Assembly: GCA_004431415.1 (NCBI GenBank)
Contig: QPMI01000064.1
Span: 124,001-188,000, forward strand
Origin: Cyanophora paradoxa CCMP329
Lineage: Eukaryota > Plantae > Glaucophyta
DNA length: 64,000 nucleotides
Direction of reading: 5' to 3'
In this document: in pieces, positions 47,601-59,810 of the stretch
Position numbering within the stretch: position 1 is the stretch's first letter
How the letters are laid out: each line of letters starts with the position of its first letter
The notes under the pieces: generated by a model
The model's database searches: none
Seen by the model: only the letters and a program-made list of their open reading frames with translations
Told to the model about the DNA's origin: nothing
Translations under genes and position numbers: made by a program

Positions 47601-48926
47601 GCGGACCCGCAGGCAGCCATCTAAGCCCCATCAGGCAGACAGACAGGGAGGCTGAGGGAGCAGGCATGCATTGGCAGGGCTTACCACACGTGAGTGTGGG
47701 CTTGTTTAATGTTTCTCGGTTAAATTATAATTATGAAATAAGAATCGATATCCGACTGCGCCCCCGATCGCGAGCTCTGCCCTTCGTATTAATATTCTCT
47801 TTTCTTCGCCTTCGAATTCGCTGCCAGGCTCCGCATCCGATCCCCCTAGATCAGGCCTCTCGGTGCTCACCGCTGCTGCTGGCCCGGCCCGGTGTCCATT
47901 AGTGAATTCGCACACACCGAGACAATACGGCTAATGATAGAACTGAGGAGTCCGTAAAGTGTCAAGTCGAAAGATGAGCCTACTGGTTACGCCGGGTAGG
48001 GAACCTATCAGCCATCGGACAGGGTGGAGCTAGTCAAGGAGACGTAAACTAAAGCAAAGCTAACCCAGAGCAGAGAGCTACTACCTATACATCTAGCCTA
48101 GCTTAGGACTAGGCTACCGAGAGGACTACCCAGGGTCTACGAGAGGGAGGTAAATTAAAACACTACTACTGCTAGTGCTGCCTGCCTAGGGACCGTCGGG
48201 ACGTCCGGAGCTCGCGGGCTGTTCTACTGTACGGTAGGAAAGCCAGGACGGACCCGCGGTCTAATCTGCCTACTCTCGACGCGGCCGCGACTACAGCTAG
48301 CGCGGCGGGCTCCGCGTCGAGGGGGCCGCTCGCCCGAAGCGCGGGTGGAAGCACGTCGGCGTAGAGGGCCGAGGGAATGAGGCGAGGGGGACGTTGCGGG
48401 GAAGAAGTGGGGCGGGACGGAGAAGGTCGGCGCCGGCCGTGGCGGGGAGGGGAGGGTCGGATTTCTCGGTCAGCAGGGCTTCCAGCCTCGAACCAGCCGC
48501 CGCACCCCCGCCGCGGGCAATTGCGAGCCCCCCTCCGCGGCGGTCCTTCAACCCACGGTCCTGGCACGATGGCCGGGGTATCTGGTGGGTGCAACGACCA
48601 GCCGAAGCCTTCCGCCAAGCCTTCCGATCCATCGTTCCCTCCCTGTCGAGGCGCGAGGAGCGCGGGCGAGGTCGTGAATGGGAGGCAGGGCCAAGAGAGC
48701 GAGCGGGAGGGCAGAGCGGGAGAGGGAGGCAAGGCAGGCGCTCGCTTGGGCGGGGCCCAGCGAGTCGGTCGGGCGGCTATATCTAGTGTGTGCGAGGCTA
48801 AGAGTAGATCAGGTAAGTTTCTCGAGGACTAGGTATGGTGAAGTAGTAGGTAGGTGGTGTCGAGAGTCTCCTCCCGACGTAGCCCCCCCCCCCCCCCCCC
48901 CCCTTTCGCGCGGCTCGGGGTACCGT

Positions 48927-50806
48927 TTAGAGCGGGCTAGGATGTGACTCCCAAGGGCGTACCTTGACGCAATCGTAGAGCTCTTGGGCGCGGAGCGCCG
49001 CCTTCCAGCCCGCGTACTCCGGTGGGCAGTCTGCGTTCCGAGCGGCGTTGAGTAGATTGTGAAGGCGAATCGGCCCGTCGCAGGCGGCGCAGACTTCCTT
49101 ACAGGTCCGGGGGCCGCGGGCCCGCTCTCGGGCGCGGGCGCCCGTGCGGGGCGGGCGCGGTCGCTTCTTTGAGGCCTGGGAGACGCGGCAGTCGCGTTCC
49201 CACTCCGCGTTGATTTCGCAGCGACGTGACCAGAGGCGTCGGGCCCGTTCCAGAAGCGTTTGCCGAACGCGTTTAGCTGCGCGTGCCGCGTACCGGGGTG
49301 CAAGGTTCAGGCAGCGTGTGAGGGCGCTTTCTAGACTCTGCGGAGCAAGGCCCTGGAGCACCCAGAGGCGCGGATACGCGTACGGCCTACCATCGTAGCT
49401 GCGCGCCTCGGTGTCGTCGTCCGCGACGCGGAGGAAGATTGGGACCAGGTCGGGAGCAAGGAGGGCTCCTGCTGGCGGCGCTGTGAGGCCGTGGGCCTCT
49501 CTGTATGCGCAGAGCAGAAGTCGGTTCAGTTCGCGAGCAGTCTCCGCGCGGTGCGCGACCGCATGCGGACCCGGGCACAGGAAGACGTGCGGGAAAGTTT
49601 CAGTCGGGCCTGCGGTGAGAGCCGTCGGTGCCCGGATCGGGCGGCTGGCGCCCGCTGCTGGTTGAGCATGCGAGGCCTCTGTTGCAGTCTGGCTGTTCTG
49701 TGAGGCTGTCGGGCCGCTAGTCTCTGCACGAGGGAGCGGCGTTCTGGTGGCGCAGCCCGCACAGCGTCCCCCAGGGTTGCAGGCGGCGTAGAGTTCCTTC
49801 TGGTCACGTACCCGGACTTCGTTCGCTGGTAGCGAGCTACAGAGCAGCTGCGTCCGAAACTTGAATAGCGCGTTGCGGGCTCCATTGGCGCCTTGGAATC
49901 GGGAACCTACGCTCGTTTCCGCATATAGCCCTGCTATGTCTGCGCCGTCGGCGCCTCGGCGCAGGAGCGCGCCAGCCAGCGGTTGTTGGGTCCAGGCAAA
50001 GTGCGTCTGGTGTTCGTGAAGTGCGTCCATGTGTGCCTTGGGGTCCCCTTCCACCCGTCGTGTGCGCCCGTCGGGGTCGCTGATGGTGAGCACCGCAGGC
50101 ATGCTGAAGGCCGGCGGCAGAAAGAGAGGCTCATGCCGGTGTTCGTCCGCCAGCTCCAGGTCGGCCGCCACGTTCGCTCCGGCGTCCGCGACGTCGTTGT
50201 GGGGGTCGCGGGCGTCGCCCTTTGCGTGCGCTTTGACTTTGACGAGTTTGAGCGGCCGCCCGCGCTCCTCTAGCATTGTCCTGAGCTTGCTCCATGCGTA
50301 CAGTTCCGCGGAGCAGGCGTGCCGGATGTATTCCCGCGGGCTGCGGCAGCTCGCGTGCTGGACGAAATCGGAGTACCAGCGGATCGCGTTCATGTTGTCG
50401 ACGTGTAGAACCGCTCCGAAAGGCGAGAGCAGGTCAGCCATAAGCGCCGCCTGGAGTTCCGCCTTGTTGATCTCCTGCAGGCCCCGGAGCCGGGCAAAGA
50501 AGTCCGTGAGGATACCCGGCGGGTGCAGGCTTGCGCCAGTTCTGAGGTCCGTTTCCGGCCAGTGTACTGCGTAGCCCGCGCGAGCGTTAACCGTCTGGCC
50601 CTCTTTCAGGCTCCCGTCCGTCCAGGCGTACGCTGGGGCGTCGGCCACGTATGAGCCGCCAGGCGCCGCCTCGGCCTCCAGGTGCTCTTTGCGGTAGCGG
50701 GCTTCGAGGCGCTGGCCCGGCCCGGTGCTCGCGGCTCTCGGCCCGGCGGCCCAGCTGCTGGCTCTCCGGATCCGAGCCCTCGACTCGGCGATGATCCGCG
50801 GCCAAT
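48927..50806 (-). mobile_element. 5'-truncated LINE ORF2 fragment: RNase H plus CCHC zinc-binding region
   Basis: Intron-free ORF with RNase H motifs AWTDGS, INKAELQA, LHVDN, KVKAH and HNDVADAGA. These are followed by CAGC...ETFPHVFLCP and LWSRRC, typical of the C-terminus of non-LTR ORF2. No RT domain is present. The probable 3' UTR runs toward ~47900; no tail or TSD found. Confidence 0.8.
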
Positions 50807-51250
50807 GCATGCGCATATGCTCCGCGCGCGGCTTTCGAATTCTCTCTCTCGATCTCTTTCTCGTCTGACTCCGCCGCTCCTCTCCGGCCCAAACCTCCTC
50901 GAGCTCGTCACCTGCGCCCCACGAAACACAGGCGCATGCATATATATGCTGCAATACAACGGCGTTCCGAAAAATTCTCTCTCTCTCTTTTTCTGCTCTC
51001 TAGCTCTCCGTATGTACGTAGAAAATCATTTCTCTACGCCGATATCGACCGATATCGAACTGCAGCTGTGGCGGCATGTGGCGCGCGCTCGGCCATTTTC
51101 GAAGTTCCGCCTTCGAATTCATGACTGATCGATATCGCGAGTCGGGTGTGTGTCGATCTTTAGCTGTATATACGTATACGTATATACGTATACATATGCA
51201 TATGCATGTGCTCGCTGGTGTGACGCGTGCTCTCCTCCTCGCATGCGCAG

Positions 51251-53530
51251 CCGACGTCGACGGCGCCGGCGCCAGTCCGTTTGACGCGCTGTCTGACGAT
51301 CTCGTCGCGCAAATCATCGCTGAGGCTTCAAAGTGCGAAATTGCGGAGACGGGCTCAAACCCTGGTTATTCTCGCAATTTCCACGAAGCTCTCAGCTTCG
51401 GCGGGCTTGTTCGGCTGAGCCACGTCTCCCGCCGATTCCGCAAACTCGCTTGCAATTATCAACAGTTCCTTTCGGGCGTCAAGGCATTCGATGCCACCTT
51501 GATTTCAAAGCCCTCGCCATCTAGATCTAGATCTGCCGCAGCACTCGAGCTCGCGCGAACGATGTGGCGCTCTGCAAACGCGCTCTGGCGCTTCGCACAA
51601 GCACAGCTCGGCCTTGTGAATGAATCTGCAGCCACTGGCCATGGGGCCTCAAGCTGCCTGTCTTCCCCCTGTCCGCTGTCTTCCTTCCTGTTTACGGGGC
51701 TGTGTGGATCGCTCAGCGCGCAGCTCATGGAACTGCGATTTTCATTCAAAGGCGACATGCATATGGCCCCCGTTGTGCCGGTGCTTGCTTCGATTCAGAA
51801 TTTCCCGCGACTGGAACAAGTGCGTGACTTTAATAATAATAAATGAACTTGCGGACCTTTCCATATTTAAAAGCTTAAGGTTATTCATGATATCTCTCCT
51901 CTAAATCTGAATTACATCCGCGCAGTTGTACATTGCGTTCGAGTCTCGCTGGCTGCGAGATAACATGCGCACGGTGGCGGGACCGCTCTATCAGGGCGCC
52001 CTGCAGTCCCTGGCGTCGCTCCGGGTTCCTCTGCAGGCCCTGGAGCTGCGAGAGTGCGCCGTCATAATTAACTTGATTTTTTGAAACGGCTCACGTGCAC
52101 GTTAATGTTGACGTTGGCCATTCTCTTCCGCATTAATATTTGGCCTTCGCTTTGAATTTTCAGATTCCCGATCACATTGGAGACTCTTCGCTCTCTGGGA
52201 CCGCTTTCGCCGACGCTGAAGCGGCTTTCGTGTGGCGTTGTCATTGGCGAGGCACACGCATTGGCGATATATATGCGACCTGTGTTCGCGTCTACTGCTG
52301 TCTTTCAGCAGCTAGAGCAGCTGAGAATGGGTAACTGCGACGTCGACGCATTAATATTATAAATTAATATTTCTGTTATAAAAATTACATTCTAGATCTG
52401 GCGTGCACGTGCACGTGTACATGCATGTGCTGATCGTGGCGTGCTTCTTCCAGAGTTTTATAAATACGATGAAGACACTGGCCGCGGATATAAAGTCCGG
52501 ATATCTCTCAGAGAGTTCGACTTTCAACCACTCTCCAGCATGCCTATGCCGTCTCTGCGTGGTGAACAACGCGATCAGCCGCTCTATAGAGTGCGCGCAC
52601 GCGCGTAGTCCGGTGGATATATTGATCGCTATCATGAGCAGCGTTCGCAATTGGATATGAGCACCTCGGCTTCCTGCAAGGCATGCCGGGGCTCGAGTAC
52701 GTTGAGTTGTCCTGCCTACGCACAGCGGACATATCGCCGCTTCTCAACAGCGCCGGGCGGCTTCGGATGGCCACTTTCAGCTTCTTGTTGCAACATGCAT
52801 TAATTTCGGACGAAACAGGCCCCATGCTGTTCGCTCGGACAGTCACACGATTCTCAGAGCTAGAAGTGCGTGAGATCATGACAATATTATTTAATGGTGT
52901 TTACCAAGATATATATAAATTGGGAGTCCATGGCGTTTCATTTTTTACGTATACACAGATTCTCCAGCTTCTGGTGCCATCGGAAATCCTCTTGGCCTGC
53001 GCTCAGCACCCAATGACACAGTGGTCGAATCTCAAGTGCCTCATCGTTGCCTGTCAGGGCAGCGACAAGATCCCGAGTGCATTTCTCAAGGTGATCTCTC
53101 AATTATAATTATAATAAGTTGTTTAGAGCTTATGATCATGCAATATTAATGTGCCCTTCTCAAGATCATGCATGCGCAATGGAATATATATTTATATCTA
53201 TATCTAGATCTGCTTGACCTCTCATCTCATTTTCGCATGCACCCCTGTCAACGTCCGGCGCCTGCGCAGAGACTTGGCGCCGAAGTCCCTTCTCTCGAGT
53301 TTCTTGTCGTCGGATCGATATCACAACTTCCTCTTGACTCTGCAAGCGGCTTTGACGCCGTGGCCTCCCTGCAGCACCTCCGAGCTATTTTTACCGCGAA
53401 TTACTCTACCCATATGCATGCCATCCAAAAGCTTCAGCGTCCCAAGGCGCACGAAGTGCTCAAGCTGAAGGCTGCCCTGCCTCACGTTGAACTCTCCATC
53501 GACACCGATATTAATATTCCCTTTAACTAG
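51251..53530 (+). CDS. F-box / leucine-rich-repeat-like protein (multi-exon; first exon uncertain)
   Basis: F-box-like SPFDALSDDLVAQII...LVRLSHVSRRFRKLA. LRR-like exons follow (NFPRLEQ|LYI, LSPTLKRLSC, FQQLEQLRM, MPGLEYVELSC, WSNLKCLIV, VPSLEFLVV, SLQHLRAI), ending LKAALPHVELSIDTDINIPFN*. The GT-AG joins I checked keep the frame. Confidence 0.75.
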
Positions 53531-53689
53531 TTCAACTTGATCGAAAGTAATTGGATTCATCCATTGAATCTGCAACTGGATATCAATCCACATCCACGCG
53601 CATGCAGGCCGCCGGGCAAGCTTAAGGGAGGCAGATCATCGGATCATGAACTCCACAAGATACTATGATAGCTCAGATAAATTCGATCA

Positions 53690-55299
53690 TTGCAAGGGGG
53701 GAAAGAAGACCGAAGGTCTTCCCCCCCTGGCTTCCCGTTCCCTCGCTTCAGCCAAAAGTTTTCTATGAGGCCGTTTTCGAGGTCCAGTATGCAACACCAG
53801 AAAAAAATGATGCTTTATTCGCGATCCGATTGGCTCGGTGGACCGGTCAGCTTTCGACTTTCGAGCGTCAAAATCGAGGGGAAAAAGTGGTTTTCGAGGG
53901 GAAAAAGTGGTTTTCGAGGGGAAAACGATCGAACTTCTCCTCACTCCGGTCTTCGAATTTCTTGCGCGGTTATGCATGGAACCAGTTCTCCCTAGCTGTC
54001 TCCTCTAGATTTCGGCTTCCTCGAGCTCGCACTGCGCCGCGTACGCCGCACGGTACCCGTGCCGCCTGGACTACTTTTGACTGCATACGGTGCCTAGCTG
54101 CGCCGCTGATTGCAGCCGAGCACGCCCGGCCGTGCAGATCTAGACCGTGCTCTCTTGCTGCGCTCAGCACGTCTCCGAAATCGAGCTAATCGAGCGCCGC
54201 GGCCGCTGCCCGCAGCCGAGCACGCCGGCCGGGCCGGGCGCTTTTGTTGCGGTCGACACTCCGCTGCTCGGCTTCTCGGTTTCGCCGCGGTGCTTGCTTC
54301 GGCAGATCTAGATTGCCCCGCAGCTTTATGCCCGGTAGTAGCTTCGAATACGCCAAATTACGCGCGTGAGTCTGCTGCTGTGCAAGTCCGCATCAGATGG
54401 GACGGCGAGCTGCAGCCGCTTCTGTGCCCGGAGACGTCGTCCCGGGGCGGGACTTCGTGGCGGGTGGCGCATGCGCGCAGGCTGCACGGTGTCGTCATCA
54501 TGCAACGGCGGAATTTGCTTACATTGTCCGGACGGAGCCCGTGAACACATCTGCTGGCGCCAGAACTTGTTTCGTCATGTCCGGCAGCACAGTCGCAGCG
54601 CTCGAGTTCGTGCAGTTTAGATCGAGTCGCGCGCTGGCAAAAACACAGCTCCGGATCCTAACGCACGTATTCACCGCCACGCAGGGCACTTCCAATTCAG
54701 CAGTGCGTGCCCAGTCTTCAGTTGGCGTTCAGCTTTCTGAAATTATATTGCATACACAGGTCGCCGCAGCTGAAGACCACAGAAGCCCTCCCACATGCTT
54801 ATCGTCACCTCTTCCTCTGGCGGTACCCTGTCGTTAGTCTTCAGGACCGGCGCCGCTGGCTGCCGCTCACCCCCATGGCCGACTTCCGCCCCGACCCCCT
54901 CCAGAAGGCCTGGATCGCCTATGTTTACGGCGAGCCCTCTGCAGACAGCACCATCATCTTTTAGCCAGCTGTTCAGGGTTAGCGGTAGGCCGTGCGAACA
55001 CAGTTGATGCGCAGCGTTTTCTCGCTCCAGAACAATCTTTCTTATACAGTGCGCTGAATCTGGCCTTTCATTGAGCCTTTTCTTTATTCGGTTTGATCGC
55101 AGCGTCTGCTTAATGGGCCTTTTCTATTTTTTATAATCATATATACTCTGTGTCTATCTTTACACTTCAACCTGCCGCGCGCGCCGGGCCGGGGTCGATC
55201 TAGATCTGCCCCGTGCATGTGCGTGCCACTACGACTCTTTCATTAGATCCCGGTTCCCCCCTTGCACCCCCGGCGCGAGAATCGCGGCCGGGCCCCTAG
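53690..55299 (+). mobile_element. Non-autonomous Helitron2-like element, family C (1.61 kb)
   Basis: 5' TTGCAAGGGGGGAA; 13-bp inverted copy at 55254-55266; GC hairpin at ~55269-55292; terminal CTAG at 55296-55299. Inserted at A|T with no TSD. The empty site gatca|tattat is present at 61336-61346. Confidence 0.9.
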
Positions 55300-55781
55300 T
55301 ATTATATAAATTCCACAAGACAACGTTAATTATAACAACGGTACCGGTTCAAGCGGCAGCGATGCTGATGCGACGGGGCCGGCCGGCGATCGGGGGCCGC
55401 CGGCCGCAGCGAACACTAGGGGGGCCCCCCCCAGTTCCAATAGCTCGGAATCAGATAGTCTTACGGTTTCGGAACAACGAACTTCCCAAATTCTCCATAC
55501 TGGAAACTTCGTAACTCTGGGAACTAATGATCAAAGTTCACACCAAGTTTTGTAGCCCATGGAGATCCCAAGTCAGGAGTCCCGAGAGCATTGGCAGTTG
55601 TTCCGATAGGAATAGCAATTGTTCCGACGACAAAGAGAAGAGTTCCCAGAAAAGCTATATATAGCAGGCTCGCGCAGCCGGGCGCCCGCACCCCCGGCCC
55701 GTGCACCCTGCCCTGCAGCGCTGGTGGTTGCCATGCATGAATACTGCAATTGCAACACAGCGCCGCCCTAGCGGCCGCACA

Positions 55782-57088
55782 CTATCTAGAGCTAGCACTG
55801 CGGAGGAGGGAAAGGAGGGCCTTGGGCCAGAAGACCACTCGGCCTTCCAGCCCACTGAGAGTAGTGAGCTCTTCGTTGCCAGGCAACTCCGTGATATCCT
55901 CGGGGATCTGCACGCTAGACGTGAATGAACTGAATAAACCTGGAAGGGAGTGACAGAGCTACCTTTCTGCCCAGCACGTCCTCGTCAGCTTTGCCTTCGG
56001 CAAGCACAACCAACTTGACGACGTCCGAGGGCTCCTCAGCTTCGCCCAACTGAAATGGAGTCAGTATGTGGCCCAACTGAAGAGGGGTACGGCGTTTAGC
56101 TATGAAGCTAGCGCCCCGACGCGGCCCGCGCGAGGGGGGTACGCCCTCACCAGCGCCTTCGGACCAAGGGACCCCAGCTACCGGGGGGTACCTTGTCCGA
56201 AGACGCCGGCGAAGGCGTACCCCCATCGGGGGCACGGAGGGGGCGGGCGAGTAGGGGCATCTAGAGCTAGTGCCCGATCGGGGCCCGCGCGAGGGGGGTA
56301 CGCCTTCACCAGCGCCGTCGGCCCAAGGGACCCCAGCTACCGGGGGGTACCTTGTCCGAAGACGCCGGCAAAGGCGTACCCCCATCGGGGGCACGGAGGG
56401 GGCAGGCGAGTAGGGGCATCTAGAGCTAGTGCCCGATCGGGGCCCGCGAGGGGGGTACGCCCTCACCAGCGCCGTCGGACCAAGGGACCCCAGCTACCGG
56501 GGGGTACCTTGTCCGAAGACGCCGGCGAAGGCGTACCCCCACCGGGGGCCTGGAGGGGGCGGAGCGGAGGCGGGGCGGGGTAGGGCATCTAGATATAGCT
56601 AGGAGGGTGTACTGCGGGGGCGACGTGGGGCAAGGGGGGGCGGGGGGGGGGAAGGGTTCATCTTGGCCCGTACCTTGGGCACTAGAATGCCGATGCCGAC
56701 GAAGAAGAACCCCTCGTCGACGACGTAGACGTCGATCTTGGCGACGAAGAGCCGCACCTTGAGCCCGTCCTTGAGGAAGGGCAAGATGTGAGCGACTTTC
56801 AAGTAGCCCACAGGTTCCTGTGCGGAAGTCAGATTCAGATGGAGGCGGAAGCGTTAAGGTGAGGACCGCACCGTTTCGCAACAGAGGAAGTCGGGTGCAG
56901 CAAGGGTCAAAGTCTGGGCCGTCGGAACGCAGCGTGCGGGTTGCCTCCTCCTGCGGCGCTTCCGCGCGGGCTAAAACTGCACGTCAGACTCGTTGAGAAA
57001 TAGGCGGGGGCAGTACCTCGAGCTCCTTGAACACCGGCGCGGCTGTCGCCTCCGGAACCGCGGCCGCCGCCTCGCGCTTATCGCCCAT
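55782..57088 (-). CDS. Small spliced gene inside the CACTA element, probably TnpA/ORF2-like accessory protein
   Basis: Phase-0 exons join as MGDKRE...FKELE|PARKRRRRRQ...CCET|EPVGYLKVAHILPF...FFVGIGILVPK|APGGGTPSPASSDK|LG...DVVKLVVLAEGK...GRK|IPEDITELPGNEELTTLSGLEGRVVFWPKALL...*. The LP..E.TTL...G..V.WPK end resembles the C-terminus of CACTA ORF2 proteins (from memory, not searched). Confidence 0.55.
56123..56595 (+). repeat. 159-bp tandem repeat, 3 copies
   Basis: Units start at 56123, 56282 and 56441 (ggcccgcg...gtacgcc...gccgg...tagggcatctaga). Confidence 0.9.
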
Positions 57089-58789
57089 GTCCTGCGCAAC
57101 GAAGATCACTCTTCGAGCGCGGAGACCACGACGCTCACTCAAGCGAGCGGAGACCGCAGGGCTGGAGCGCTCACTCAAGCGAGCGGCCGGATGGACTCAA
57201 CGGAACAGACGAGCGCACGTCCACCGACCGCTCCTGCGCAACATGTTCAGCGCAACGAGCACATAAAACGACCGCGGCGCCTTGCGAGGCAAGATTTACG
57301 CGAGGGTTGCCGGTCGAACCTTGCGAAACCGCGGAAAATGCCGCTCGGCGCTCGGCGAGGAAGCCGCCCGCTTCTAGGAGCGCTCTGGGAAGCAAAGACC
57401 ACATGAGCGCTCGGCAGCCCGCCGGGGACGGGCCGTCGGACCTGGTCTGTTCAAAACCCGGCTGCAGCCGACTGCCGCGGCTTCCCTGCGCGAGAGCAAG
57501 GCACAGCAGCTCGCTAGAGGTCCCTAGACGCTGCTCAAGCGCGAGTTAGGTGCAGGTTGGCCCGCTGTTTGAAGCTGCTGGCCGTTAGCGAGGATCTACG
57601 TATACCCCGGGCCAGCCGGATCTACACTGCGCCCGGGGCTGCCGCCCCGGCTGCGAGCCGAGCTTAACGAGCCGTTAGCTTTTACCATGCAGAGGGCCGC
57701 AGCAGCTGTAGCCGACTGTAGCAGCTGGGCCGCCTGGGCGTGCTTCCAGACAACAGCGCTTGCGTCCAACAGCCTGCCGTCAGCCTGCCGTCAGCCTGGC
57801 CTACAGCTAGCCGACGGCCGACTGAAGCCGGACGTCGCCGCCGCCGGACGTCAATCGGACACCCGCCGCGTTGAGAGCCCGGCCCACCGTCCGCCGGGGC
57901 GGGCGTGCGAGACTGCACTGACCACATACGCAGATTGCACGCACTGCAGGAGTTTGCGCTACTGTCGCGCGTCGCTCGCTCGGCCACGCGCCTTTGAACT
58001 GACCCCACCACACAGATTCCACGACGCGCTGCCGTGCGTGCCAGTGCGCTTGCGCCCGTATCGCAGCATTTTGCTCTCTTCTTCATAGAAGTGCTAATAC
58101 GGTGCATAGATATACGCCTGCCTCGTCGTGGCCTTCGGGCGCTCGATTTGATCCGAGTCTGTCACGGACCCCACCTGGAGAATCTCATGCTAGTGGACAG
58201 TTCAGGGCGCGCGCCGCTCTGCCTAGTGGCAGGATCTTGTATAATGTTTGAAAAGTGATTGTTTCGCTGTCTAGTATCGAGCCCAGGCCCTGCGCACACG
58301 CCACAGCACGGGCTCTCGAAGGGCTCGATGTTAGAGCAAGCCGCCTGGCCGCATTCTCGCTGGACTCACTGAGTTAAATGAAAGTATAATGGATGTTCAT
58401 CATGCTGTCCGATTTGCATCCTGCGCGAACGTGCGGCACCGTGGCACGTTCAATCTCGATCATGATCACTGATCATGAGTCAGTGTTATGTTGAGAAGTT
58501 GAAGTCGTACTTTCGGCTTGTCAACTTAAAAGTGATAGTGCGGCACTATGTCACCCAGCACATCTCATATAATTATATGCTATAAACATCTCCCTTTCAA
58601 TAAACTTAGTTATTTAAGCGTGAATCTCCTTCGAGGCTCTAGGATCCGGACACGAAGGGGGGAAGGGGTGCATCTGATTCTGTTCTAGATCTGCAGTGCC
58701 ACAGTGCGCACTCTCGCGCAGCCAGGCCATGAAGCAGTACGTCAGAGCAACATATTTTGACACGCGTGGTAACTAGCCTTGAAGCCGCA

Positions 58790-59660
58790 GAGCCCCCGCC
58801 CCGTGCGGCAAGTCCCGCCGCGGAGCTGTTGCCCGCCGCGCCGCCGCCCCGCCCTGCGACCCGCGCCGCCGTCCGCAAAGCCGCCCGCCGCGCCGCCGCC
58901 CCGCCCGGCGAGCCGCGCCGCCACTCGCCGTGCCCTAAAGCTTTCCCCGCCAGGCGAGCCGCGCCGCCGCCCGCCGCGCCGCCGCCCCGCCCGGCGAGTC
59001 GCGCCGCCGCCCGCCGCGTCCCCACCCCGCCCGGCGTACCGCGCCGCCGTCCGCCGCGCCCCCGCCCCGCCCGTCGAGCCGCGCCGCCGCCCGCCGCGCC
59101 GCCGCCCCGCCCGGCGAGCCGCCCCGCCACCCGCCGCGCCGCCGCCCCGCCCGAAGAGCCGGGCCGCCGCCCGCCGCGTCCCGCCCCGCCCGTCGAGCTG
59201 CGCCGCCGCCCGACGAGTCTCCGCCCCGCCCGGCGAGCCGAGCCGGCACTCGCCAAGCCTCCGCCTCGTGCGGTGAGCTGCGCCGCCGCCCGCCGAGCCC
59301 CCGCCCCGCCCGTCGAGATGCGCCGCCGCCACGACCTTCCGCCCCGTGCGGCGAGCCGCGCCGCCGCCCGCCGAGCCCCGGCGCCGTGCGGTGAGCCGCG
59401 CCGCCGCCCGCCGAGCCCCCGCCCTGTAAGGCAAGCCGCGCTCCGTGCGGTGAGCCGCGCCGCCGCCCGCCGAGCCCCGGCGCCGTGCGGTGAGCCGCGC
59501 CGCCGCCCGCCGAGCCCCCGCCCCGTACGGCAAGCCGCGCCGCCGTCCGCCACGCCTCCGTCTCGCCCGACGAGCTGCGCCGCCATCCGCCACGCCTCCG
59601 TCTCGCCGCGAGCTGCGCCGCCGCCCGCCGCACTTCCGCCCCGTCCCGTGAGCCGCGTCG
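58790..59660 (+). repeat. ~40-bp GC-rich minisatellite
   Basis: Unit gccgcgccgccgcccgccgcgccgccgccccgcccggcga and variants, about 20 copies. Confidence 0.85.
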
Positions 59661-59699
59661 TCTGGCAGCCTGTGAGCTCTGCGAGCCTGTGGTCGATGG

Positions 59700-59810
59700 C
59701 GAGGCTAGTCTCGACACGCGCTCGAGCCGGACGCGCTCTACAAACGAAAGCTTGAACAGGAGCACCATCGCTAGCTCGCCCGGAAGCTCTTGCATTCATG
59801 ATCAATTGAA
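59700..59810 (-). pseudogene. F-box motif fragment inside the CACTA element
   Basis: MQELPGELAMVLLFKLSFVERVRLERVSR matches the F-box pattern LPxE...L....L..VSR. The reading frame then runs into the minisatellite. Confidence 0.55.

Noticed and set aside
47943-47972. Possible hammerhead ribozyme (CTGAGGA...GAAA)
   Set aside because: I could not form stem II or the flanking stems around the core.
47664-50812. 12-bp inverted match gcatgcattggc / gccaatgcatgc as TIRs around the RNase H element
   Set aside because: It is short and palindrome-rich, a sequence type that is abundant here. There is no TSD, and the ORF is LINE-like.
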